From: Candidatus Thiodiazotropha sp.
GTDB taxonomy: Bacteria > Pseudomonadota > Gammaproteobacteria > Chromatiales > Chromatiaceae
Reading direction: 5' to 3'
DNA length: 64,000 nucleotides
Assembly (NCBI GenBank): GCA_040506775.1
Contig: JBEVWC010000027.1
Span: 159,801 to 223,800 of the forward strand
The position numbers and the translations under genes were made by a program. Positions 20,304 through 31,685 of the stretch are shown here, in pieces (the first letter of the stretch is position 1; every line of letters begins with the position of its first letter). The notes beneath the pieces are model-generated. The model ran no database searches. It was not told where the DNA came from and saw only the letters and a list, made by a program, of their open reading frames with translations.

Positions 20304-22970
20304 ATGAAACCACTGTTGTCGATTAAGCGACATCTCTATTTCATGTTCGGCTCCTTAGCCTTTATTGAAGCAGGTATCATTGCCGTATGTATGTGGCTGC
20401 TCACACCAGAATCCCCTACCCCAGCAATCATCTTCAGTCTGGCGCTTGCACTGGCACTCACGCTCGCATTGACCTGGATCGTGACAACTCGACTGTCCGA
20501 TTCCCTGTCGGACTATTCCAAATGCGTGGAAATGATTACTGCTGGTACGTGGGTAAAGCAATGGCCCATCCCATTTAGCAAGGAATTTGATCGACTGAGG
20601 GACAATCTCCAGGGAATGGCTGTTAAATTTCAAAATCGTGAAAATGCCTTTCGTGAGAATGAACAACGACTCAAAGAGCTTGTATCCAATGTACCCGGCG
20701 TTGTTTATCAGTTCATGGCGACTACTCCCGATGCAGTCGAAAGCCAAAGTTCTGTTATAACAGTCATACGTGAAAAGTGCCCAGAAATACTGGGCATCGA
20801 CCCGGAGCCCGAGCGGTTTTTCGATGAGTTCGTCGCTTGCCTTCCGGAAGCCGATCAACCCGGCTTTCTATTGTCTATCCAACAGGCGGTAGCAAATCAG
20901 AGCGCCTGGCATTACGAAGGTCAATTCATAAAACCCGGCGGTGACAAGATTTGGTTCGAAGCCCACTCAGTTCCCAGACAGGTGGGAAATCAAACAGTAT
21001 TCTATGGCTTAGTGACCGATATCACGGAACGCAAACACATGGAGCAGGCTCTTAGTGAAAATCAACAACGGCTCGATCTTGCTCTCTCCGGCGCCAACGA
21101 AGGGATCTGGGATTGGGACCTCATACGCAATGAAGTCTATTTCGATACACGCTACTACACCATGGCGGGTTATCTACCCTATGAGTTCCCAAGTGCGCTC
21201 GAAGAGTGGGAGCAACGCACGCATACAGATGACTTAGAACGAGTCAAATCAGTTGTAGATAAATATCTGACCGGTGAACTCGAGAGCTTCGAGGTGGAAT
21301 TTCGCTTCCTACGCAAAGATGGCAGATACATGTGGATACAGGGCAGAGGAAAGATTGTAGACCGTGACGAAGCAGGGAAGCCACTTCGCTTCATCGGCAC
21401 TCACACGGATATTTCTCATCGCAAGAGCATGGAAAAGTCACTCCGACTCACCCAGTTCATTTTCGACAAAGCACCGATCGGCATCTGGAAAATGGGGAAA
21501 GGTGGCGAGGTCCTCGACGTCAATGAAATGGGATGCTCAAGCCTTGGCTACACCCGAGATGAGCTCCAGCAGATGACCGTATTCGATTTCGCTCCCGGCT
21601 TCGAAAAGGAAGATTGGAAGTACGGCATCAGCGTGTTGAAGAAAGAAAATACCAGAACGGTGGAAGCCCAGCATCAGCGCAACAATGGCGAAATCTTTCC
21701 AATCCAGGTGATCGAGAACGTCATGCACTTTGAAGGCGAAGAATTCCATGTGGCCTTTGTTCAGGACATCACAGAACGTAAGCGTGATGAAAAAGAGCTC
21801 TATCGATTACGTAACTATCTCACCAATATCATCGATTCCATGCCATCCGCTCTGATAGGCGTTGACAGCGAAGGTCGCGTTACCCAATGGAACAAAACCG
21901 TGGAACACGCCACTGGCGTCGACGCCGACAGCGCCCGGGGCAGTAAAATCGTCGATCTGCTGCCCTGGATGTCGACGGTTACTGAGAAGATCATCCATAG
22001 CATCCGTACACGGGAGGTCATCCACGAGCAGGCCAATACTCGCCCCTGTGATAACCACGCCTGTTACGAAGATGTCACCATCTATCCACTGGTAACGAAC
22101 GGCGTCGAGGGCGCGGTTATCCGGATCGACGATGTCTCTGAGAAAGTAAAACTTCAGGAAATGATGATTCAAAGTGAAAAGATGCTATCGGTAGGCGGTC
22201 TTGCTGCCGGCATGGCGCACGAGATCAATAACCCGCTTGCCGGCATCCTGCAGACTGCGAATGTGCTGTCCAACCGACTGGTGGATAAACTGGACAACTC
22301 CATCAGCATCAAGGCAGCAGAAGTGGCTGGCACCACAACAGAGGCCATCCAGACCTTCATGCAGGATCGTGGGATTCCACGCATGCTCGATGCAATCAAG
22401 GACTCAGGCAGTCGTATTGCGGAAATTGTAGACAACATGCTCAGCTTTGCGCGAAAAGGCAGCGCCACGATCACCTCCCATTCCCTCAACGAGCTTGTGG
22501 ACAAGTCCATCAAACTGGCCATGGCGGACTATGACCTAAAGAAGGAATATGATTTTAAGCAAATTGAGATTCTCAGAGAGTATGATGATCAACTGCCTGA
22601 CATACCCTGCGAAGGCGCAAAGATACAGCAGGTTATCCTGAATCTACTGAGTAACGGCGCGCAGGCCATGGCACAGAACGAAACAGCGCCATCTCGATTC
22701 ATCCTGCGTACCTATCTCGACCAACCGGCCAAGCAGGTTTGCCTGGAGATCGAAGATAATGGACCAGGCATGGACGAGAGCACACGCAAGCGGGTATTTG
22801 AACCCTTCTTCACCACCAAACCGGTTGGGGTCGGTACCGGTCTGGGTCTGAGCATTTCCTATTTCATCATTACCGAAAACCACCATGGCCACATGAGTGT
22901 TGAATCGTTGCCAGGAAAAGGCTCACGCTTCAAGGTCTGCCTGCCGTTACACCGGGAGAGCTCAGCATGA
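20304..22970 (+). CDS. Multi-PAS sensor histidine kinase
   Basis: Two TM helices, several PAS/PAC repeats, H-box GMAHEINNP, DNGPG and GTGLGL. Confidence 0.93.
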   Translation: MKPLLSIKRHLYFMFGSLAFIEAGIIAVCMWLLTPESPTPAIIFSLALALALTLALTWIVTTRLSDSLSDYSKCVEMITAGTWVKQWPIPFSKEFDRLRDNLQGMAVKFQNRENAFRENEQRLKELVSNVPGVVYQFMATTPDAVESQSSVITVIREKCPEILGIDPEPERFFDEFVACLPEADQPGFLLSIQQAVANQSAWHYEGQFIKPGGDKIWFEAHSVPRQVGNQTVFYGLVTDITERKHMEQALSENQQRLDLALSGANEGIWDWDLIRNEVYFDTRYYTMAGYLPYEFPSALEEWEQRTHTDDLERVKSVVDKYLTGELESFEVEFRFLRKDGRYMWIQGRGKIVDRDEAGKPLRFIGTHTDISHRKSMEKSLRLTQFIFDKAPIGIWKMGKGGEVLDVNEMGCSSLGYTRDELQQMTVFDFAPGFEKEDWKYGISVLKKENTRTVEAQHQRNNGEIFPIQVIENVMHFEGEEFHVAFVQDITERKRDEKELYRLRNYLTNIIDSMPSALIGVDSEGRVTQWNKTVEHATGVDADSARGSKIVDLLPWMSTVTEKIIHSIRTREVIHEQANTRPCDNHACYEDVTIYPLVTNGVEGAVIRIDDVSEKVKLQEMMIQSEKMLSVGGLAAGMAHEINNPLAGILQTANVLSNRLVDKLDNSISIKAAEVAGTTTEAIQTFMQDRGIPRMLDAIKDSGSRIAEIVDNMLSFARKGSATITSHSLNELVDKSIKLAMADYDLKKEYDFKQIEILREYDDQLPDIPCEGAKIQQVILNLLSNGAQAMAQNETAPSRFILRTYLDQPAKQVCLEIEDNGPGMDESTRKRVFEPFFTTKPVGVGTGLGLSISYFIITENHHGHMSVESLPGKGSRFKVCLPLHRESSA

Positions 22971-23125
22971 ATTCTAATACTAGCTTGCGCTACTTGATGA
23001 TCATTTCTCTATTACCTGTCTGCACTTAACTGATAAGGCCAGAAACGATGTTCATCACACTTCAATCCCCAGTAGACTGACATATTCAGCGACGAATACG
23101 ACCCTATTTCCGGATAAAGTTAGAC

Positions 23126-23506
23126 ATGACTACAATTCTTATTCTGGACGATGAACACATAATCCGACAGAGTCTGAGCGATTATTTCGATGACCAGGAC
23201 TGGCAAACACATGTGGCCGAATCCGCAGAGATAGCGCTCGACCTATTGAAACAGCATACGTTTTCAGCAGCCATCGTGGATATCCGCCTCCCCGGCATTG
23301 ATGGGAATGAGTTCATCCGCCGGAGTGCACCCCATCATCCCTCGATGGGTTTTCTGATCTGCACAGGATCACCGGACTTTTCAATACCTCCCGAGCTACA
23401 CGAATTGCCCAATGTGTCTAGCTGGCTGTGCAGGAAGCCACTCAGAGATCTGACCGAACTCAAGCAACGGCTTGTTCAATTAATGAGTTACTTGAACACA
23501 GACTGA
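23126..23506 (+). CDS. Single-domain response regulator (receiver only)
   Basis: ILILDDE, IVDIRLPGIDG and RKP; 126 aa with no output domain. Confidence 0.88.
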   Translation: MTTILILDDEHIIRQSLSDYFDDQDWQTHVAESAEIALDLLKQHTFSAAIVDIRLPGIDGNEFIRRSAPHHPSMGFLICTGSPDFSIPPELHELPNVSSWLCRKPLRDLTELKQRLVQLMSYLNTD

Positions 23507-23515
23507 GTCATTACG

Positions 23516-26161
23516 ATGCAACCCCCCTCACCAATAGTCCGAATTCTCGTTGTTGACGATGAGGCGGTTATCCGTCATAGCTTTCAGGATCACCTTGAAG
23601 ACATCGGCTATGAGGTGATCACAGCTGATAACGGTCAGACAGCCATCGAGCTTATCCGTCAATCACCGCCTGATCTGGTACTGACCGATCTACGTATGCC
23701 GGTAATGAACGGACTCGATTTAATACGCCAATCCCGGCAATTGGCACCGGATCTTCCGATCATCGTGATCTCCGGCGCCGGCGTAATCGGAGACGCGATC
23801 CAGGCATTGCGCTTGGGCGCCTATGACTACCTGATCAAACCTGTCGCAGGACAGGACATACTCGAACATACCATCGATCAGGCCCTTGAAAATACCCGTT
23901 TGATCCGGGAGAACCGAAACTATCAGGAACACCTGGAAAGTTTGGTCAATGAACGCACTCAAGAACTGGATGACATCAATACAAAGTTGGCCAACATCAA
24001 CGCCCGTCTGCGTAAAATCGTGGATACTGCCCGTGGCTTTTCAACCTGTAAGGATGTGGACAGCCTGACATCCCGCATTCTGGACGAGTTTGCCGACCAT
24101 ATGTCCGCCGCAGGCGGCAGCTTCTATATTGTTCATGAAGAGGGTCTGCGACGCACCCATGTAATCGACGAAGGGCACACAGCCGAGTTCATTCCCTTTC
24201 CACTCGCAGTGCACTCCGTTTTCCATCAAATACTCAAATCCGGCAAACCCCTGCTCATCCAGGACATCAGCAGTCAGCCCGATCTGTCACCAAGCGGTTG
24301 GGAAGCGTATCGTGATGCATCACTGCTGGCCTTCCCCCTGCTCCGCAAGGATGGAGCCGTCATGGGTCTGCTTACACTGCATGGTAAAGCGTCTGCGCCT
24401 TTCGCAGAAGAAGACAAGGAGATAGGAACTATTCTCGCCTCCTACAGCAGCGAAGCGATTCAATCGGTCAGCGTTACAGAGATCCTGCGCGTCAGTGAAC
24501 AGCGTTTCAGGGAACTCGCCGATATGCTTCCGCTGACAATCTGCGAAATAGACACACAAGGTCTGATTACCTACACCAATCGTCAGGCATGTCAGTCATT
24601 CGGCTACAGAGATACCGACCTGAGCGGGATGAACATCACAGATATCGTAACCCCTGAATATCACGACAAGGTGACTTCTAACTCAACCAAGATCATGCGG
24701 GAGCTTAGGGCAAATACTGAAGGTAACGAATACCAGGCACTACGCAAGGATGGCACCACCTTCCCGATACTCACCTATTCGTCCCCCATCGTCAGCAACG
24801 GAAATGTGATTGGCATTCGCACTGCAGCGGTAGACATCTCGCTACTCAAGAGCCAGCAGGAGCAGATCCTGAGGCATGCCCATTTCGACAGTCTGACCCA
24901 GTTGCCCAATCGTTTTCTCGTCCTTGATCGTCTATCCCAACTGATCAAAGAGGCGCGCCGGACCGGCACCCAGGTCGCTGTGCTGTTTCTCGATCTGGAC
25001 GATTTCAAGAAGATCAACGACACGCTCGGACACGACACCGGCGACCGCCTTCTGATCCAGGCCGCTGAGCGGCTGAATCAATCACTCCGCGATGGCGACA
25101 CAGTCGGACGGCTGGGTGGCGATGAATTTGTGGTCTTACTCGGTGGACTGAACACTCCTGATGACGCCCGTCCCGTGGCGGTCAGTATCCTGCAGCAGTT
25201 TCGCCAGGTATTCCAGCTCAACGGCCGTGACTTGCTGCTCACCTGCAGCCTGGGCATCGCCATCTATCCAACAGACAGTCAGACACCCAACGAGTTGCTT
25301 CGCAATGCAGATTCGGCGATGTACTTCTCAAAAGACGAGGGCCGCAACACGTTTAACTACTACACCAAAGACATGAACTCAGCCGCCCAACGGCGGCTCC
25401 TGCTCGAGGAACATCTGCATGGCGCACTCGAACGCAATGAGTTATACATCCATTTCCAGCCACTGGTTGACACACGTAACCTGAAGGTGGTCGGCGCTGA
25501 GGCGCTGCTACGCTGGCACTCACCGGTGCTTGGCCAGATCTCGCCCGATGAGTTCGTACCGGTTCTGGAACAGACCGGACAGATCATCCCAGTCGGGCGT
25601 CATGTGTTGCGGGTGGCCCTTGAATTGACGGCACAATGGCGTGAATCAAGAGATTTCACCATCGCCGTCAACCTATCACCTCGTCAGTTCCGTGATCCGT
25701 CCCTGTTGACCTATGTGAACGAGTTACTCGAATCCAACCAGTTACCCGGTGACACCCTCGAACTTGAAATCACCGAAGGTGTGCTCATGAGCGCGAATGT
25801 CTTTGTCGAGCATCTGCTCACGGACCTGAGTGAAGCTGGAATCAAACTTTCCATGGATGATTTCGGTACCGGCTATTCTTCACTTAGCTATCTTCGCAAC
25901 TATCCGTTCAACACACTCAAAATCGATCGCAGTTTCATCCAGGACATCTCCACCGATCCAGCCGATCGCGAACTGGTCAATGCCGCCATCACCATGGGAC
26001 GGAATCTTGGTCTCAATGTTATTGCCGAAGGTGTCGAAACTCAGGAACAACTGGAGATTCTCAGATCACTCGATTGCAATCTGGCCCAGGGCTACCTGTT
26101 CAGCCAGCCGGTTTCCGCTGACTCATTCACCGACTTGCTGGCAAACATGAATGAGCTTTGA
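23516..26161 (+). CDS. Receiver-GAF-PAS-GGDEF-EAL c-di-GMP enzyme
   Basis: TDLRMP receiver; RDGD I-site plus GGDEF; intact AEALLRW, DDFGTGYSSL and AEGVE. Confidence 0.93.
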   Translation: MQPPSPIVRILVVDDEAVIRHSFQDHLEDIGYEVITADNGQTAIELIRQSPPDLVLTDLRMPVMNGLDLIRQSRQLAPDLPIIVISGAGVIGDAIQALRLGAYDYLIKPVAGQDILEHTIDQALENTRLIRENRNYQEHLESLVNERTQELDDINTKLANINARLRKIVDTARGFSTCKDVDSLTSRILDEFADHMSAAGGSFYIVHEEGLRRTHVIDEGHTAEFIPFPLAVHSVFHQILKSGKPLLIQDISSQPDLSPSGWEAYRDASLLAFPLLRKDGAVMGLLTLHGKASAPFAEEDKEIGTILASYSSEAIQSVSVTEILRVSEQRFRELADMLPLTICEIDTQGLITYTNRQACQSFGYRDTDLSGMNITDIVTPEYHDKVTSNSTKIMRELRANTEGNEYQALRKDGTTFPILTYSSPIVSNGNVIGIRTAAVDISLLKSQQEQILRHAHFDSLTQLPNRFLVLDRLSQLIKEARRTGTQVAVLFLDLDDFKKINDTLGHDTGDRLLIQAAERLNQSLRDGDTVGRLGGDEFVVLLGGLNTPDDARPVAVSILQQFRQVFQLNGRDLLLTCSLGIAIYPTDSQTPNELLRNADSAMYFSKDEGRNTFNYYTKDMNSAAQRRLLLEEHLHGALERNELYIHFQPLVDTRNLKVVGAEALLRWHSPVLGQISPDEFVPVLEQTGQIIPVGRHVLRVALELTAQWRESRDFTIAVNLSPRQFRDPSLLTYVNELLESNQLPGDTLELEITEGVLMSANVFVEHLLTDLSEAGIKLSMDDFGTGYSSLSYLRNYPFNTLKIDRSFIQDISTDPADRELVNAAITMGRNLGLNVIAEGVETQEQLEILRSLDCNLAQGYLFSQPVSADSFTDLLANMNEL

Positions 26162-26179
26162 ACGGATAGGGTCATTACA

Positions 26180-26800
26180 TCATCCGTCGAGAATCATTAC
26201 GATCGTCTCCAGCATCGTCTGAGCGGAAAGATAGTCAATCGGGATTGGCCAATGCCCACTGCCCACTTCAAGCACCAATGAAGGAAAGCTGTGTACACCC
26301 AGGTCCCGGCTATGTTTGATCTCCTCTTCCAGCGTCCGCTGAGTTGAAGTGTTCCGTAGCGCTTCGGTGAATCTCTGGCGGTCGAGTCCGATTGCTTCGG
26401 CCAATGAAACAAGCACAGGCTCATCAGAGGGGTTGCGTGCCTCGAGGTAGTAGGCCTGCTGAATCGCCAGAATCATTTGCTCCTCTGCTTCAGGCATCAG
26501 GCTGCGCGCGGCTATCACCGCTCGGCAGGCAGGGTAGGTGGCGCGCCTCGGTGTCGTCTGCTTCCAGAATTCAAAATTGAATTCGGTGTCCGGCACTCTT
26601 TCCTGGATTCGCCGCCAGGTCGTCTGCAGGTGGTCGCGCATCGCTTGCGGCATCGGCTCATCGGTATCCGGCGCGAGTCCGCCGAGCAACCGGCTGTGGC
26701 TGATACCCGCAGGCAGGCATTGCCGCAGGGTCTGGAGTTGCGTACGAAAGGCCCAGCACCAACTGCACATGGGATCGTGTACATAGTAGAGGTGAGGCAT
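26180..26800 (-). CDS. DsbA-family thioredoxin-fold protein
   Basis: YVHDPMCSWC, TYPACRAV and cis-Pro motif GVHSFPSL. Confidence 0.88.
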   Translation of the reverse strand: MPHLYYVHDPMCSWCWAFRTQLQTLRQCLPAGISHSRLLGGLAPDTDEPMPQAMRDHLQTTWRRIQERVPDTEFNFEFWKQTTPRRATYPACRAVIAARSLMPEAEEQMILAIQQAYYLEARNPSDEPVLVSLAEAIGLDRQRFTEALRNTSTQRTLEEEIKHSRDLGVHSFPSLVLEVGSGHWPIPIDYLSAQTMLETIVMILDG

Positions 26801-26955
26801 CTTGATTCACACGTTGCGGGAATAAATGGTTGGAACCCGCCTCCAGATAAAAGGTTCTATTATGGAAAAGCGGGATGTGCTTCGCGAACCCTCAGCTAAC
26901 AAGCCATGATGTCCGCGCCCAACGGTCTTGGGTCGCCCCGTTCCAGGAGAGCGAT

Positions 26956-27873
26956 ATGGTAACACGACGCAAACTGCTACAGATGACGGCCGCTTTAGCG
27001 GCCTGTGCCACACTGCCCTTACCCGCAAAACCCCGAACGGGTCTGCCGAAACGGACGATTCCCGTCAGCGGGGAAAAGATTCCCCTGCTCGGCATGGGCA
27101 CCTGGCTCACCTTTGACGTGGGCGATTATCCCATGCAGGTCGAACGCCGAGCCAGGGTGCTGAAGACCTTCCTGGATGGCGGCGGCGGTCTGGTCGACTC
27201 CTCGCCCATGTATGGCACCTCCGAGAAGACCGTCGGCCTCGCTCTGAAGCAGATCGAGCATCACGGTGAACTCTTCACCGCAACCAAGGTATGGACACCG
27301 ACCCGCTGGTTGGGTATCGAACAGATGGAGAACTCCCTGGGCCTCTGGGGTGTGGCTAAGTTCGATCTGATGCAGATTCACAATCTGCTCGACTGGAAAA
27401 CCCATATGCAGACACTGAAAGAGTGGAAGGCCGAGGGGCGGGTCCGCTACATCGGTGTCACGACCTCTCATGGCCGACGTCATGAGGAACTGGAACAGGT
27501 GCTGCGGCAAGAACCCCTGGATTTTGTACAGTTCACCTACAATCTGCTTGACCGGGAGGTGGAGTCACGGCTGCTGCCGCTCGCTGCGGATCGGGGCATC
27601 GCGGTGATCATCAATCGACCCTTCAGACGCGCTGCCCTGCTCGACGCACTCTCCGCCAAACCCCTGCCACCCTGGGCCGCTGAACTGGACTGCACCAGTT
27701 GGGCCCAGTACTGCCTGAAGTTTATCCTCTCCCACCCGCATGTGACCTGTGCGATTCCCGCCACCACCCGGGTCGATCACATGCAGGAAAACCTGCAGGC
27801 CGCCTCTGGCGTGTTGCCCGACCAGGCCACCCGCACACACATGCTAGACTACGTGAATGCTCTTTTGAGCTGA
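26956..27873 (+). CDS. Aldo/keto reductase with twin-arginine signal
   Basis: AGGAG RBS before ATG 26956; TRRKLL; LGMGTW, DSSPMYG, ATK and QIHNL; IPAT...HMQEN. Confidence 0.9.
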   Translation: MVTRRKLLQMTAALAACATLPLPAKPRTGLPKRTIPVSGEKIPLLGMGTWLTFDVGDYPMQVERRARVLKTFLDGGGGLVDSSPMYGTSEKTVGLALKQIEHHGELFTATKVWTPTRWLGIEQMENSLGLWGVAKFDLMQIHNLLDWKTHMQTLKEWKAEGRVRYIGVTTSHGRRHEELEQVLRQEPLDFVQFTYNLLDREVESRLLPLAADRGIAVIINRPFRRAALLDALSAKPLPPWAAELDCTSWAQYCLKFILSHPHVTCAIPATTRVDHMQENLQAASGVLPDQATRTHMLDYVNALLS

Positions 27874-28063
27874 GCCGCTGAGGTACGCAAAGTATCGCGC
27901 CGGGTTAACGCCCTCTTATTCTGTGCTACGCCTGTGACTGTGTATCACAAAGGTCTTCGCCAGATCCGAGGTTCAGGGGCATTTGTACTGACGTCAGGAG
28001 ACGCAAAGGCAGCGCTATGGCCACTCCCTATCAGGAGATTTAAGCCGCTTGCTCCAGAGGCTT

Positions 28064-30295
28064 TCAATGTCTTTCCAGTCGTTTCATCTCCGACTGGGCC
28101 CATCGCAACTGTTGGGATAACGACCTGGCCACATTACACAATACGGCCCATCGTGCGTCTCTGAATCCCTCTTCATGCAATGATTCGAAGCTGTTTCTGC
28201 TCAATACCAAGAGTTTTGCATCTCGAGTTGCGATAGCCGTAGCCGTCCTTGGTGCCGGATCTAAAAAGGCCTCCTCCCCAAAGAAGGAACCGGGCCCTAA
28301 CTTCGCTAAACGTTTGTAGTGATAGATTCTGGTGGGAAGCCTGATCTCAACCTGCCCGCTTTCGATAAAATATAACTTATCGCCAAATTCCCCATAGGCA
28401 TATACCACCTCCTTTCTCTTTTTTGAGTCGGCACACATGACCGCCTTTAAAGCTTCGCGAGTTTCCTGGTTCAAATGCCTGAAGAGTTCTGTTTCGGTCA
28501 GTTCCATCTCATGCATCATCGAAGCAGGCTTACAGCCCAGGCTCTTCAGCAATTCGTTTTCAACGAACTCCAATGCACCATCCGTACTCTTGAAGGTTTT
28601 GACTTTCGGCAAACCCTTTGCGGGACCCAGCCACTGCATCAACTTTCTCATCTTGCGACTTCGGGCAACACTATTTCTGACGTTCGAAAACACCATATGC
28701 CCGCCATGCGCATCCAGCCTTTTTATCATTTGCCTGAACAGATTGAGACCCGATATGTCCATGGACTGAACACGCCGCATATTAAGCACCATCCAGACCG
28801 GCCGGTTCAGATCGGGAAGCAATTCCGTGAACAGTCTGTCCACGGTACCAAAGAACAGATTACCCCGCAGTTCGATATAAACGATTCGATCCCCGTATTG
28901 ATCCAGTAAAGCGCTCTCTTCCTCGGTTCGATGCAAGAGGGAATGACGCTCTTTTCCCGTTGAATATTCGTGGACTACCCGCGCAGACACCAGGAGACGC
29001 ATGAACAACAGGACCGCGCCAACAACTCCTACACCAACACCGATCATAAGATCAAAGCTTAGCGTTGCAGTGAACACCAACAAGGCAACCACCCCATCGA
29101 TACGGGTTTCGCTTCTGCGCAACCAGCGGGCAATATTCCATTCGATAAGCCCGGTGCCGACGAAGATGATCACACCCGCAAGCGCGCTGATCGGCAACCA
29201 CTCACCCGCCGGCCTGAGAAACAGAATCAGCATGACAAAGGTTATGCTGGTAATCACCGCCGACCAGCGTCGCCCACCGGATTTTATCGCGACCAGCGTG
29301 GCACCTTTGGTGCCGCCGCCTCCCAGCCCACCGAGCAGACCCGCAACAAGCTGCCCAATGCCCTGCGCCGCCAACTCTCTGTTGGCAGAGTGCCGCTCAC
29401 CGGTTTGTTCATCCGCGACGACAGCCGTCAGAAGACAGTCGACAGAAGCAATCATTACAAGGGTCAACGCCGAGATGACGATAAATCCCCATGGCAACCC
29501 GCTGAACGAGATTGTGTCAGTGCTGATATGACTGAAGTTGAATCCCGGTATGGTACCTACGACCCATGATTCGGGTATTGGACCCGGTGCAGCCAGCATC
29601 AGCAGATGAAACACCGCTACTCCAACAACCAGCCCTGTGAGGACTGCGGGAAGTTTCGGCATAACCCGACTTACGATTAAACTTGAGGTGAATGTCAGCA
29701 GTGCGGTAACCACCGGGATTGAGATCCACCAACCTCCCCAACCCCCTGCTTCCACTCCGGAAAGGGATTTGAGCTGTGACACGACCATGAGAACGCCCAC
29801 GCCACTGACGATCCCCGCGACAACCGGGTAAGGAATAAACTTAACCAGTTGCCCCCCTCCAATAGCTCCCAGCAGAAACTGGAAGACTCCCGTCAATCCA
29901 ATCACAAGCGCGAGAACCAGGAGCAGGTCACTATCCTGCACGCCCAGCACTGCCACCGACGCCATGCAGCTCGAAAGAAAGATCGTGACAGGACCATTAG
30001 GCGCACTGATCATCCCGATGGTCGCGCCCCCCAAGCCGGAGATCAGTGACAGAGACGCCGCTCCGACCAGGCCGGCAAATGCACCGGTGGAGGCATCGAA
30101 TCCCATCGCGAGAAACAGGGCGACTCCAAGCCCCATGGCCTGAGGCAAGGCAACAGCCGCTGCGGTAACGCCACCCAGCAAATCCCCGATCTTAAAGCCG
30201 GTGATCGCCGATCCTCGTCCACCCGGGTCGTGCACCACCTGCCCCGCTTTACCCGCGTCAACCTGGTCGGTGCTTACTGACGGGCGCATACACAT
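28064..30295 (-). CDS. SulP/SLC26 anion transporter with STAS and cNMP-binding domains
   Basis: GDLLGGVTAAAVALPQ, GNLFFGT STAS region and LGPGSFFGE...PRTATA cNMP domain. Confidence 0.9.
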   Translation of the reverse strand: MCMRPSVSTDQVDAGKAGQVVHDPGGRGSAITGFKIGDLLGGVTAAAVALPQAMGLGVALFLAMGFDASTGAFAGLVGAASLSLISGLGGATIGMISAPNGPVTIFLSSCMASVAVLGVQDSDLLLVLALVIGLTGVFQFLLGAIGGGQLVKFIPYPVVAGIVSGVGVLMVVSQLKSLSGVEAGGWGGWWISIPVVTALLTFTSSLIVSRVMPKLPAVLTGLVVGVAVFHLLMLAAPGPIPESWVVGTIPGFNFSHISTDTISFSGLPWGFIVISALTLVMIASVDCLLTAVVADEQTGERHSANRELAAQGIGQLVAGLLGGLGGGGTKGATLVAIKSGGRRWSAVITSITFVMLILFLRPAGEWLPISALAGVIIFVGTGLIEWNIARWLRRSETRIDGVVALLVFTATLSFDLMIGVGVGVVGAVLLFMRLLVSARVVHEYSTGKERHSLLHRTEEESALLDQYGDRIVYIELRGNLFFGTVDRLFTELLPDLNRPVWMVLNMRRVQSMDISGLNLFRQMIKRLDAHGGHMVFSNVRNSVARSRKMRKLMQWLGPAKGLPKVKTFKSTDGALEFVENELLKSLGCKPASMMHEMELTETELFRHLNQETREALKAVMCADSKKRKEVVYAYGEFGDKLYFIESGQVEIRLPTRIYHYKRLAKLGPGSFFGEEAFLDPAPRTATAIATRDAKLLVLSRNSFESLHEEGFRDARWAVLCNVARSLSQQLRWAQSEMKRLERH

Positions 30296-30380
30296 CCTGG
30301 AAGGCTATCCGCATGACTCCGACATTGGGAACCAGGCCGTCCGCCGGGCAATGCAATGAAACAGACGCGCACCAGTTGTG

Positions 30381-31139
30381 TCAGAGCTGCTCGAGCCAGG
30401 CGCTGACGATCTCAACCAGTTCGGCCTCCTTACCGTCGAAAAAGTGGTTGGCACCATCAACCTTTCGCTGGGTGAACGCCAGCTTGCCAGCAGCCTGGGC
30501 ACGTTGCTCGACGCTATTGAGGACACCCTCCAGATCATCACTGCCATACAGATCGAGCACCGGCAGATTCATCATGCCCAGCGAACGCACGCCATCCTGT
30601 ACCTCGCTGCCGAAATTGCCGGACATGCCGATACTCACGAAACCCGCGAAGCCTTCCGGGTGGGTGCGCAGGTAATACGCGCCCATGGTCGCGCCCTGGC
30701 TGTGAGCAACCAGCACGATGCGCTTGATACCCTGATCGTGCAGATAGGCAATGGCTGCATCGATTCGCGGATTCACTTCCGGGTAGAGCGGCACGTATTC
30801 CTTGTAGTCGGCCTCATTCGCCAGCACCGGCATCTGGATCGACAAGGTATGCCAGCCGTGCCCGGGCAGGTCGACCCGCAGGGGTTTCACCACCTGCGGC
30901 CAATCCGGGTGCACGCCGGTGCCGTGCAGGATGATCGCCGCCTGACCCTTGTCCTCTTCGGCCTGGGTATAGATGCCGAGATAATCGGTACTGCCATCGT
31001 TGAGCCACACCGCCTCGCCGTCGATCAGTGCATCCACGATCTGTTCGGCCCAGCGTTTTTCCTTGGCCAGATCGGAAGCCAGCACCCAGGTGCTCGTACA
31101 GAACAGGACGATCAGCAGTACGCGGGAAAAACGATTCAT
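30381..31139 (-). CDS. DUF3530-like exported alpha/beta hydrolase
   Basis: Signal peptide from ATG 31139; LHGTGVHPDW, AHSQGA and GANHFF. Confidence 0.75.
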   Translation of the reverse strand: MNRFSRVLLIVLFCTSTWVLASDLAKEKRWAEQIVDALIDGEAVWLNDGSTDYLGIYTQAEEDKGQAAIILHGTGVHPDWPQVVKPLRVDLPGHGWHTLSIQMPVLANEADYKEYVPLYPEVNPRIDAAIAYLHDQGIKRIVLVAHSQGATMGAYYLRTHPEGFAGFVSIGMSGNFGSEVQDGVRSLGMMNLPVLDLYGSDDLEGVLNSVEQRAQAAGKLAFTQRKVDGANHFFDGKEAELVEIVSAWLEQL

Positions 31140-31685
31140 GAAAGAGCTCCGAAATGCAGTTTGAGAAAGGCACCCGAGAACCCGGGTATGACGAACCACG
31201 GATTGCTGAGGAAAGCCTCGAAACAGGCGTCCGCGTCGCGGTGGCGTATCAACTATTGTTGTCAAAGAATGACAAGGGTGCAAGCCGTGGTGGGCCGTGT
31301 GATGTCAGGCTGACACCGGGATACCCCGCAGAGGCATCCACCGGTTTGGGCTTCAGCACATCCCGGATTCCACGAAGCCGAATCCGGCACAAGGTCTGCC
31401 AGGTCATTCACGACCTGGACAACAACAGCACCCTGCGGACCGACCACCTGCTGACACGGCGTATCATGAACTCCACAGCCTGGTTATCGCGAAGGGTAAC
31501 ACCCTGTTTTCCGGTGGGTTTCTGATTCGATTCCAACCTTTACCTGGCAATGCCTATTCTCAGCCTGCATAAGCAGGCCATCGCCTTGGAGATTCCTACC
31601 ATCCTGTCACTGCATTGGACGCCAGCGAGTCGGTTTTCCCACGATTCGGGTATACTTGCTGGAAATTTGCAGTTAGGGGGCAACC

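Noticed and set aside
31154-31525. ORF between the DUF3530-like gene and the membrane protein
   Set aside because: Overlaps the hydrolase upstream region and has no recognisable features; at most a pseudogene fragment.
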